Part shown: in pieces, positions 20,319 to 29,375 of the stretch
Position numbering within the stretch: the stretch's first letter is position 1
How the letters are laid out: every line of letters starts with the position of its first letter
Origin: an uncultured delta proteobacterium
GTDB taxonomy: Bacteria > Desulfobacterota > Syntrophia > Syntrophales > UBA5619
Length of the DNA stretch: 64,000 bases
Reading direction: 5' to 3'
Assembly: GCA_963817385.1 (NCBI GenBank)
Contig: CAWFOM010000005.1
Location: 1-64,000, forward strand
The notes under the pieces: model-generated
The model's input: only the letters and a program-made list of their open reading frames with translations
Told to the model about the DNA's origin: nothing
Databases searched by the model: none
Program-made: the position numbers and the translations under genes

Positions 20319-21690
20319 AAGCTTCCTCCTCGAGCTGCTCGAAAAACATGGCCCGTCCTACGTCTCCCCGCAGGCGCCGGGCGTCGCGCATCCCCATGGC
20401 ACCCATCAGCTCGATCAACTGGTCGTGCCAGGCGCTGATTAAATTCGTCATCCTCCCCACGCCGTAGTCAAAACTGATCTCCTGGATCCTGGCGGGGCAT
20501 GCCGAGCCCTCTTCGCAGCGCCGGCACAGGTGGCATTCGAGCCCCACCAGCAGGGGCAGTTCGATCGAGACCAAGTCGGCGCCGCAAAGAACCCCTTTCG
20601 CCAGATGCTCCGGCAGCGCGATGCCGCCGCCGGCGATGATGGTGACATTGTCCCGTTTACCGTTTTCGATCAGGGCCTTGTGGATCGTGCGGATCATGTC
20701 TTTGATGAACAGGGGGTCTGTCGCTCCGATCTGCCGGCCGTTCATGTCGGAAACGATATGGATGACCTCCACGTCGCCGTCGGCGAGTTCGATGGCCCGC
20801 TGCATCCCGTCGGCTGTCAGTTCCACCCGCACGGCGACGATGATCCCGGGATGGACACGCTTCAGCTCCCGGATCCGGTTCTTCACGTCCCGGTCATCCT
20901 CGATTTCCGCAAGCCGCGTCTTTTTTACTATTTCGCCGGGAATCATTTCGGCGCCGGATGCGAAACAGAAGGCGATGTGGGGCAGGTATTTTTCGGCGTC
21001 CTTCTCGAAGAGGGGCCATTTCTGCGAATCCATGACAGCGATGAGCCCCGTCTTCACCGCCGTTTCCGCGATCACGGCGTCGAGCTTCGGGAGGGAGTAG
21101 TTCTCCGGAAACCGGTCGATGATCAGGGGCATCGGGATGGACAGGATTGGAGAGAGGGGCGAAACCACTTCATCGCCGCTCGTGGTGAGGAACGCGGGTT
21201 TTTGCCCAATATCGACGGCGGAGCTGATGTACTCGCGCCCGTGGATGCCGTCACGGGTAGGCCGCACGATTTCCGACATGTCGGTCCACATGGAATCGAA
21301 GCCTTCGCCGGAGAACCGCCCGCGGTACCCCGCCCCGGAAACGGGAATCTTCGCGGTCTCCGCCTGGGTCCAGGTGGTTTGAATGATCTCGGGCGTCCAA
21401 TAGCTGTTGCCGAGCTTTTCGTATTCGGGGTTAATGGAGAGGCACAGAAGATTCTTGGTGCAGTCCTGGACGCAGGAAAAGCAGCCCATGCAGTCGAAGA
21501 AAAGAGCGTCCACGCTCTCGATATTCCGGATATACTTTATCTCATCCCGGTGCCGGTCATAAACGCAGGCCTTCTTGACGCAGTTGTGGCACCGGGCGCA
21601 GTCTTCCCGCCAGTCAACAACGCCGTACTTCCCGATGCGGGGACGCCGGGGGGGAACAGGTTTTGTCGAGATGTGATATTTTTCTGGCAT
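20284..21690 (-). CDS. Second, degenerate GltB2-like protein with ferredoxin clusters
   Basis: CARCHNC, CMGCFSCVQDC, IAGGGI..GADLV..CHLCRRC..CP. Lacks the MSFG, TGEGG and QGAKPG motifs. Confidence 0.75.
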   Translation of the reverse strand: MPEKYHISTKPVPPRRPRIGKYGVVDWREDCARCHNCVKKACVYDRHRDEIKYIRNIESVDALFFDCMGCFSCVQDCTKNLLCLSINPEYEKLGNSYWTPEIIQTTWTQAETAKIPVSGAGYRGRFSGEGFDSMWTDMSEIVRPTRDGIHGREYISSAVDIGQKPAFLTTSGDEVVSPLSPILSIPMPLIIDRFPENYSLPKLDAVIAETAVKTGLIAVMDSQKWPLFEKDAEKYLPHIAFCFASGAEMIPGEIVKKTRLAEIEDDRDVKNRIRELKRVHPGIIVAVRVELTADGMQRAIELADGDVEVIHIVSDMNGRQIGATDPLFIKDMIRTIHKALIENGKRDNVTIIAGGGIALPEHLAKGVLCGADLVSIELPLLVGLECHLCRRCEEGSACPARIQEISFDYGVGRMTNLISAWHDQLIELMGAMGMRDARRLRGDVGRAMFFEQLEEEAFGRIFGTRLQA

Positions 21691-21709
21691 ACGATCAGCT
21701 CTCCATATG

Positions 21710-22636
21710 CTATCGTTTACCGGACAATCCGGAGGCTGAGAGAATCGCCGGCAATACTCCTTCCTTCCCGCCCGACAGAAGGTGTATCCCGCGCACGCCG
21801 CTCATGTTTTTCAGTTTGTCGATCGTCTCGACGCAAATCGCCAGTCCCTCTTTTTTCTGGGCGTCCCGATCTCCGGCAGTCTTTAATCTTTCGATGACGG
21901 AGGCGGGTATCTGGAACTCGGTATACTTCTTCGCGAACGTTTCCGCTTCTTCGACGTTTTCCAGAGGGAAGACGCCCGCTAAAATCATCGTCTTATCGGT
22001 TATGCCGGCCTGCTTCACCGCATCAAGCCAAAGACCGAATTCCCCGACGTCAAACACGGCATGGGTCTGGATAAATGCCGCTCCGGCCTCGACCTTCTGC
22101 ATCAGCCGGATGATGCCCAAATCCATGGGTTTCAGGGAGGGGTTGGCGACGGCGCCGGCTATCACCGGAAAGGAGCCGTTTATCTTTTCACCGTTCAGGA
22201 GTTCTCCCTTCTCGCGCATCTTCGTGGCGAGGGCTACCAACTGCGTGGAATCGAGATCATAGACATTCGCCGACTCGGGATTGTCCGTTAACGTCTGATG
22301 ATAACCCGAAAGGCAAAGGATGTTCTTGATTCCCAGGGCTGCAGCGCCCAGCAGGTCGGATTGGATGGCGATCCGGTTTCTGTCACGGGTAACTACCTGG
22401 CAGATCGGTTCAATGCCCGCCCGGGCGAGGATAACCGATGCCGCCAGGCTGGACATGGCAACGCCGAAGGGGTTATCCGCGACATTGACCGCCGACGGGA
22501 CTTCCGCGAGTGTTTGCAGGGCCCCCTCGATCGCCGTCCCTTCGGTTTCCGCCTTGGGGAGGTATTCCGCCGTAACGATGAAATCTCCGCTCTTCAACTG
22601 GTCATGAAATGGCTTTTCGTTTTTCACTATGCTCAC
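21710..22636 (-). CDS. metF: Methylenetetrahydrofolate reductase-like flavoprotein (divergent)
   Basis: VTAEYLP, VNVADNP, MSSLA, TRDRNRIAIQSDLLGA, KVEAGA, GIHL; but SGY and QTH replace canonical GD and TQ. Confidence 0.85.
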   Translation of the reverse strand: MSIVKNEKPFHDQLKSGDFIVTAEYLPKAETEGTAIEGALQTLAEVPSAVNVADNPFGVAMSSLAASVILARAGIEPICQVVTRDRNRIAIQSDLLGAAALGIKNILCLSGYHQTLTDNPESANVYDLDSTQLVALATKMREKGELLNGEKINGSFPVIAGAVANPSLKPMDLGIIRLMQKVEAGAAFIQTHAVFDVGEFGLWLDAVKQAGITDKTMILAGVFPLENVEEAETFAKKYTEFQIPASVIERLKTAGDRDAQKKEGLAICVETIDKLKNMSGVRGIHLLSGGKEGVLPAILSASGLSGKR

Positions 22637-22703
22637 CGATCCGTTATGTTTTACCTGTCACAGGGTGGGGATACACTCACCGTTCAGTCATGCTGCCCGC
22701 GGC

Positions 22704-23123
22704 CTATGCCGGCAGGCTGCGGATTTTTTCACGAAACGCAGCCAACTTTGCGACGATTTCTTCGATTCCCTTGCCGTTCATGGGCAGGACCGTGACGCGG
22801 TTATTGCCCATTCCCGCCTCTTCGAGAAGGCGATTCGCCTCTTCCGCTCTTTTTGGCGCCCGAAGGTTGCCCTCCAGGTAGTGGCACTCATTTTTCGGGC
22901 AAGTGACCAACGCAAGACCGTCCGCCCCCGTCTCGAAGGCCTTCAGCAGATACAGGAGGTCCGCCTTGCCCGAACAGGGAAGGCTGATAATGGTGTATTC
23001 AACATCGTTCTCTTCGCGTGCAATCCGGTCAAATTCGATTCCGTCGAAACAGTTTGAACAATAAAAAATATGCAATTTCATTTTCTTATGATTGACAACG
23101 CTCATTTTCTCCGCCCATTCCAT
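22704..23123 (-). CDS. mvhD: Second MvhD/FlpD-like [2Fe-2S] protein
   Basis: FYCSNC..LPCSGK..AFETGADG..CPKNECHYLEGN. Confidence 0.85.
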   Translation of the reverse strand: MEWAEKMSVVNHKKMKLHIFYCSNCFDGIEFDRIAREENDVEYTIISLPCSGKADLLYLLKAFETGADGLALVTCPKNECHYLEGNLRAPKRAEEANRLLEEAGMGNNRVTVLPMNGKGIEEIVAKLAAFREKIRSLPA

Positions 23124-23345
23124 TCTTCTTCAGGGGAAGATTTTGTAATCGATTAGCGATCCGACGGGCGCCGGCAGGTTCCGAATTACCGTCCGGAATT
23201 TTCAGAATGAGCCCCGATTTTCGCTCAATGTCTTCCGGCAGGCGAGCAGCTTGCAGTACGGCGATCGACAACTCATTGCGGGGCATGGCTATCATGGGCA
23301 AATCGGTATTGTCAACAACAAATGCAAGCCATCTGGTGTTCTGGA

Positions 23346-23476
23346 ACAAATTTGTCCGGATTGATGTGTTGACTCGGAAGTGCTTGATAAGATGGAAAAG
23401 AGTCTACGGAAGATTCGGAAGGCACAATTTGAAGAAAAATGAGTCCGAGAAATGAAGAGCTGTAGCACAAATTTGT
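23346..23476. promoter_or_regulatory. Two ACAAATTTGT palindromes upstream of the glt-hdr operon
   Basis: Exact copies at 23346-23355 and 23467-23476, with a partial GCACAATTTG between them. Confidence 0.45.
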
Positions 23477-23486
23477 TAAAAATCCC

Positions 23487-24419
23487 TTAAGCGGATCTCG
23501 GGAGTCCCATTAGTCCATCACCGAAGGAGATCTCCCATACCTCGTCCTCCATCCGCTTGCGCTCGGTGATATCCTCAACCACAACGATGTTACGCCCGGG
23601 TTTTTCCTCCGGTTTCCGGATCGGCGATACCCTGAGATTCACCCAGATAGTCACTCCCTCCTTAGAGACGTATCTTTTTTCCAGGGTGTAGTGCTCGATC
23701 TTCCCGGCCAAGAGCAGCGCCGTCTTTTCCTCATGCGCATGAAGATCATCCGGATGGGTAATTGCCTGGAAGGTAGTAGCCAGCAGTTCCTCTTCAGACC
23801 TGCCGACGAGCTCGCAAAACCGACGGTTAACCGTGAGGAAACGGCCGGTGACCATTTCGGTCTCGGCCACTCCCACCGCTGTCTGTGTGAATATGGCGTG
23901 GAATCGCTCCTTGCTCTTCCGCAGCGCCTCCTCAGCCCGCCTTCGGTCGGTGATATTTCGCATAATGCCGCGAAACCCCACCGGGTGACCGTATATATTT
24001 CTCATGAGAGATGCAGAGGACTCAATGTATAGCGTTGTTCCGTCTTTTCTAATAATTTCATGATTAAATCCTTTTGAGGGTGCCCCTGTCCTGAAGATTT
24101 TATTGAATTCCTGATATAGTTTTTGGCCGTTCTCCTTATCGGTGTATTGACGGTTATTCATGCCCATCAATTCAGCCCGGGAATATCCGAGCATTCGACA
24201 AACCGAGTCGTTAAAGAATGTAAAGTTGCCGGCAATATCAACCTCGAAATAGCCATCCTCGATGCTCACAAGAATTGTGTAATACCGAGCCTCATTCTCA
24301 CGTAGTCCCACCACCACCTGTTTGCGCTCTGATAACGATTGTTCCAGGTTCTTGATTCTCTGCGTTAAGGCGGAGATCTCTTCGATCAGTTCCGGATTGG
24401 TTTTTGCCTGTTCGTTCAT
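23487..24419 (-). CDS. Tandem PAS/PAC sensor protein, apparently truncated at the start of a GGDEF domain
   Basis: Two PAS-PAC units (..RNITDRR, ..EDITERK); ends WEISFGDGLMGLP, resembling D-x-LTGL-x-NR, then stops. Confidence 0.75.
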   Translation of the reverse strand: MNEQAKTNPELIEEISALTQRIKNLEQSLSERKQVVVGLRENEARYYTILVSIEDGYFEVDIAGNFTFFNDSVCRMLGYSRAELMGMNNRQYTDKENGQKLYQEFNKIFRTGAPSKGFNHEIIRKDGTTLYIESSASLMRNIYGHPVGFRGIMRNITDRRRAEEALRKSKERFHAIFTQTAVGVAETEMVTGRFLTVNRRFCELVGRSEEELLATTFQAITHPDDLHAHEEKTALLLAGKIEHYTLEKRYVSKEGVTIWVNLRVSPIRKPEEKPGRNIVVVEDITERKRMEDEVWEISFGDGLMGLPRSA

Positions 24420-24780
24420 TTAGTGCCACCTCTTCCTTGATAAGCGGTAATGGTTGGAAACAAAAATGGACGATTGGTTTGATAACCACGCGCGAAAAAT
24501 ACCGAATATCTATTGAAATGTCAAATGTAATATAGTCAAATCAGATGCTGCTTACCATTTGATATCAGCAACTTTCCCTTACTCATGCCAATTATTGATA
24601 ACGGGAAGACCGGTGCGTTTTACCCCGTTCAGAAGTTTATCGCATGGCCGCACTCTTTTGCAGCTTTTCTGCTTTTCCCGCCTGCCACTCTCCATGGTAA
24701 CATTTTATTTCATAAACCCCCCTCGCCTGTGATATGGGAGGACGGGATGCATCAATACCCTGAAAAAAGGCGGTACAGCT

Positions 24781-27289
24781 ATGACGGAACCCTCGAAGAA
24801 TGACGCACCCGCGGAATATCAGGCGGAACGCCATCATCGGCAGATCGCTGCCGAACTCACTATCGAGCAGGCGCAGGTCTCGGCAACGGCCCTCCTCCTC
24901 GGCGAGGGCGCCACGGTCCCCTTCATCTCCCGTTATCGGAAGGAGGCCACGGGGTCACTCGACGAGGTCGCGGTCACCGCGATCCGCGACCGCCTGACCC
25001 AGCTTGCAGAGTTGGACAAGCGGCGGGAGGCGATCCTCAAGTCCCTCGCCGAGCGCGACCTCCTCACCGATGAGTTGAAGGGCAAGATCGACGCCGCGGA
25101 GACCCTCGCCGTCATCGAGGACATCTATCTCCCCTTCCGTCCAAAGCGCCGCACAAGGGCAACCGTGGCCCGGGAGAAGGGGCTGGAGCCCCTCGCTCAG
25201 CAGCTCTTCGCACAAGAGGAGGCGTTCGATCCGCTCGCGGAGGCAGCCGCCTTCGTCGATCCGGAAAAAGGGGTCGCCACGCCGGAGGAGGCCCTTGCCG
25301 GCGCCCGGGACATCATCGCCGAATGGGTGAACGAAAACGAACAGGCCCGCGCCCGGATGCGGGAGTACTTCCAGACGAAGACCGTCTTCCAGGCAAAGGT
25401 GATCGCGGGGAAGGAAGAGGAGGGAAACCGCTACCGGGATTACTTCGCCTGGGAGGAGCCGGCGGCAAAGGCCCCCTCCCACCGGATCCTCGCCATGCGC
25501 CGGGGTGAAAAGGAGGAGTTCCTCACTCTTCGTGTCGTCCCGCCCGAGGCGGAGGCGATCGCCCTCCTCGACGCGATGTTCGTCAAGGGGCCCGGACCCG
25601 CCGCCGGAGAAGTCCGGTTGGCTGTCGAGGACTCCTACCGGCGGCTCCTGGCGAACGCGATGGAGACGGAGATCCGCCTCGCCACCAAGCAGCGGGCCGA
25701 CACCGAGGCGATCCGCGTCTTCGCCGACAATCTCCGCCAGCTCCTCCTCGCTCCGCCGCTCGGGCAGAAGCGCATCCTCGGCCTCGATCCCGGCTTCCGG
25801 ACGGGCTGCAAGGCCGTCTGTCTCGACGCCCAGGGGAAGCTCTTCCATAACGAGACAATCTACCCGCACCTGTCGGAGAAGGCCCGGGAGCAGGCCGCGG
25901 AACGGGTCCGCATCCTCTGCCCGGAGTGCAGAATCGAGGCCATCGCCATCGGGAACGGAACCGCCGGACGGGAAACGGAGACGTTCATCCGGTCTCTGGG
26001 TCTCCCCGAGGCGATCCAGGTGGTCATGGTAAACGAGAGCGGCGCCTCGGTCTACTCCGCCTCGAAGATCGCCCGCGACGAGTTTCCCGATCACGACGTG
26101 ACGGTCCGCGGCGCCGTCTCCATCGGCCGGCGCCTGATCGATCCCCTGGCGGAGCTGGTGAAGATCGATCCGAAGGCGATCGGCGTGGGACAGTACCAGC
26201 ACGACGTCGATCAGACGGCGCTCAAGCAGAGCCTGGACGACGTCGTCATGAGCTGCGTGAACGCCGTCGGCGTCGAGCTGAACACAGCCAGCGCCGCGCT
26301 CCTCACCTACGTCTCCGGCCTGGGGCCGGCCCTCGCGGGCAATATCGTCGCCTGGCGCAACGATCACGGCCCCTTCTCGTCGCGCGAGGCGCTCAAAGAG
26401 GTGCCCCGCCTCGGGGCAAAGGCCTTCGTCCAGGCCGCCGGCTTCCTCCGGATCCGAAACGGAGAGAACCCCCTCGACGCCTCCGCCGTCCATCCCGAAA
26501 GCTACGCCGTCGTCGATCAGATGGCGGCCGATCTGAACTGCTCCGTCGTCGACCTGATAAGTGACGCGGAGCTCCGGAAGCGGATCGATCCTGCCCGGTA
26601 CGTGACCGGAGAGATCGGGCTTCCGACCCTCAACGACATCCTCGCCGAGCTTGCCAAACCCGGACGCGATCCCCGCGCGGGGTTCGAAACCTTCCGTTTC
26701 GCCGACGGGATCGAGAAGATCGAGGACCTCACGCCCGGGATGAAGCTCCCCGGGATCGTGACGAACATCACCGCCTTCGGCGCTTTCGTGGATATCGGAG
26801 TCCACCAGGACGGCCTCGTCCACTTGAGCCAGATCGCGGATCGTTTCGTGAAGGATGCCGGCGATGTCCTGAAGGTCCGTCAGGTCATCGAGGTCACGGT
26901 TCTCGCCGTGGACCAGGAGCGGAAGCGCATCTCACTCACGCTGAAGAAAAATCCGACGGCGGGCGCAGCACCCGGACATCCGCCTGCAGATGGGGAGGAG
27001 AAATCCGCACCGGGTGAGCGACGGAGCGGCCGGGAATCGGGAGGCGCGCCGTTCCGCGCGTGAGGGAATGAAACAAGCCGACGGATCACCGCGGAAACCC
27101 GGCGACGGAAAGACCGAACCGGGACAAGCGGCGCCGGAAAAATCGCCGGAGGAACGGGCGGCCAACGAATGGAAACGGGTGAAGCAGGGGCAGGGAAAGC
27201 CGGATCACGGCCGGCCGCAGCGGGGAAAACCGCGTGAGGAGAAGGTCCCGTTCAACAACCCCTTCGCGGCGGTCTTCGGGAAGAAATAG
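24781..27289 (+). CDS. tex: Tex/YhgF RNA-binding protein; +1 frameshift in the C-terminal tail (~26990-27060)
   Basis: GATVPFISRYRKEATG, EDIYLPFRPKRRT, GLDPGFRTGCK, KIDPKAIGVGQYQHDV, S1 domain FGAFVDIGVHQDGLVH; tail PFNNPFAAVFGKK lies in the +1 frame. Confidence 0.93.
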
Positions 27290-27348
27290 GAAGTCGGTAA
27301 CGGACAGGTTCAGCCCACATGCGACGACGACCGGGTTTAAGGGGTTGG

Positions 27349-28269
27349 TCAATTATAATTTTCATTTAACAGCGCCTCATCAATTGGCCGAAATCTATTA
27401 TTCTCCTTGTCCCACAAGGTCTCACAGTTAGCAAAAGCGTATATCGCCGCTTTCTCTTTTTGTGCTGCCTCCGTGAGGGGAACTCTGTCGAAAATAGCCA
27501 TACGTGGGAATTTACCGTTGTTTACGAGGCGTCCGATCCACTTCACTTTTTCGAGAGTACCAGGTTTCAAGATGTGCTCTTTCAATCTTCTTGCGGGGTC
27601 TTGGGTCCGACCAACATACCTCACTTTGATCGGTTCAGGTACCGGCTCTGCTTCCACAAGGGCATAAAGATAAGTGAAACCCTTATCTGCTTGCTGATGT
27701 CGGTCACCATGGCTGATGAAATGACATTCCTCTTCGTAAACTAAATTCGTGTCAACCTGTTCTGGGCGCGGTGCCGGCTTTCCACTCCATTGCTCCCATA
27801 AGGTGTAAAATTCATTTAGAATATTTGGCCATTCCCTAAGATATTGCCAGAAGTCGAGAAACGTCGATGCCTTTCTCGGCCAATCTGAATCATGTTTTGC
27901 GGAAAGCGCCAAATGGTAGTTTGTTTGCTCAAATAGCCATCCCGAAAATCCGCAGGCCCTGATTCGCCTCCACTCATCAGTAGGAAGCAATAGCCGCATG
28001 TAGAAATTGGCATTGATGCTATCCTCCCAATATCGAAATCCTAAGTCCATTGCCGCCTGAATGCAGGCGCCGTTGCTTATATACTCTTGAACATCGTTTT
28101 CAATTCTATTCTTGAGGCCATATGAATTTATACAGTCGTTTTTCTTGACATTTTTCGGTTTGGCATACTTCTTTAGCCATTCCCGACACAGCTCTATTTG
28201 CCGGTCGTCTAATGGTGATTCATAAGTCCTATGATCAGATTCCTTTCTGATGCCATAACCAACGATCAT
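27349..28269 (-). CDS. Multidomain protein with C-terminal GIY-YIG nuclease and a probable YozE/SAM-like middle domain
   Basis: YLYAL..RYVGRT..RRLKEH..E; middle FSGWL..LA..DSDWP; AT-rich; GGGAGG RBS before ATG 28269. Confidence 0.65.
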   Translation of the reverse strand: MIVGYGIRKESDHRTYESPLDDRQIELCREWLKKYAKPKNVKKNDCINSYGLKNRIENDVQEYISNGACIQAAMDLGFRYWEDSINANFYMRLLLPTDEWRRIRACGFSGWLFEQTNYHLALSAKHDSDWPRKASTFLDFWQYLREWPNILNEFYTLWEQWSGKPAPRPEQVDTNLVYEEECHFISHGDRHQQADKGFTYLYALVEAEPVPEPIKVRYVGRTQDPARRLKEHILKPGTLEKVKWIGRLVNNGKFPRMAIFDRVPLTEAAQKEKAAIYAFANCETLWDKENNRFRPIDEALLNENYN

Positions 28270-28331
28270 AATTTCCTCCCAGACGTGCTTTGACGATTGA
28301 GGAAAATACAATATAACCAATAAAAAAAGCA

Positions 28332-29375
28332 CTACATGGTCCTATAATCCTTCAGACCTGTGCAATCGATCAGGCGCTCAAGGTTTCGCAGCGTAAACAC
28401 CTTGCCTCTCGTTGCCATGAGTATCTTCTTCATATCCTCTCGGCGCACACCGAATCCACGCCCGGCTATGCAGGCAATCACCTCGTATTTGGGCGTGTCC
28501 GGCGGCTGGCCGGCCATGCTCAACTCACCAAGATGCTGGATGCGGGTAGCCTTGTCGCGGGCCGTGCCGTCGTCTTCGGTGATCTTTGCCTCGATGATGA
28601 TCCGGGGGTTGAATTCACTTGGGATGATAAAATCGGGGGTCTGGTCGAAACCGGGGATTTTTTCGGCGCGTTTGGTCTTTCGATAGCTGACACCAGCCTT
28701 GCTCAGGGCATCCTCGATGGCCGACTCAAGGCTGTCGCCTACCAGATCGCTCACCGAATCGCGGTGACCGGCAAAAGGCCGCCCGAGAAACCGCTCATAC
28801 AGGAGCATGGCGTAAGGGGCACCCATACCAGCAAGGGTCTGCACTCCGCTCATTCCCGTTTTCGTATCTGCCTTGTCGAGGCGGTGGAGTTTATCGGGAG
28901 AAACGTCCGGCGCACCCTCTTGTAGCAGTCGGCAAGCAGTTTCGATCAACGCCTTCACACGCCCCACGGTGACCTTACCGTCGCCAAGAGGCGAAAGGGG
29001 TGATAAACGGATCTTGCGGTCGAGGGCGCGGACAAAACCCTGACTGACTTCGATGCCTGTCTGCAGAGTCGCCACGTAAGCCCACTTGGGCGGCGTGAAG
29101 CCCAACATGGTACGCAGAACGAGGACCACGACCGGGGTTTCAAATGTCTTTTGCAGCAACATTACGGGATCGAGGAGGGTAAAGCCTCTGGTCGCGAGCT
29201 TCAGCGCTTCGTAGCCCTGTTCAAAGACAGGATAGTCGATGAAGCCGATTCCCTTCGGCATGACGAGGAATTCCGATTCGAGGCAGGAAAATACCGCATC
29301 GACATACGTATCGAGATCGGCCTCGACTTCGGAATACGGCAGTTCAAAAGGATACTTCGTCGTCGGGTTCTCCAT
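28332..29375 (-). CDS. PD-(D/E)XK nuclease, probable restriction endonuclease
   Basis: LESAIE..PDFIIP..IIIEAK..DGTARDK; overlaps the MTase stop. Confidence 0.75.
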   Translation of the reverse strand: MENPTTKYPFELPYSEVEADLDTYVDAVFSCLESEFLVMPKGIGFIDYPVFEQGYEALKLATRGFTLLDPVMLLQKTFETPVVVLVLRTMLGFTPPKWAYVATLQTGIEVSQGFVRALDRKIRLSPLSPLGDGKVTVGRVKALIETACRLLQEGAPDVSPDKLHRLDKADTKTGMSGVQTLAGMGAPYAMLLYERFLGRPFAGHRDSVSDLVGDSLESAIEDALSKAGVSYRKTKRAEKIPGFDQTPDFIIPSEFNPRIIIEAKITEDDGTARDKATRIQHLGELSMAGQPPDTPKYEVIACIAGRGFGVRREDMKKILMATRGKVFTLRNLERLIDCTGLKDYRTM

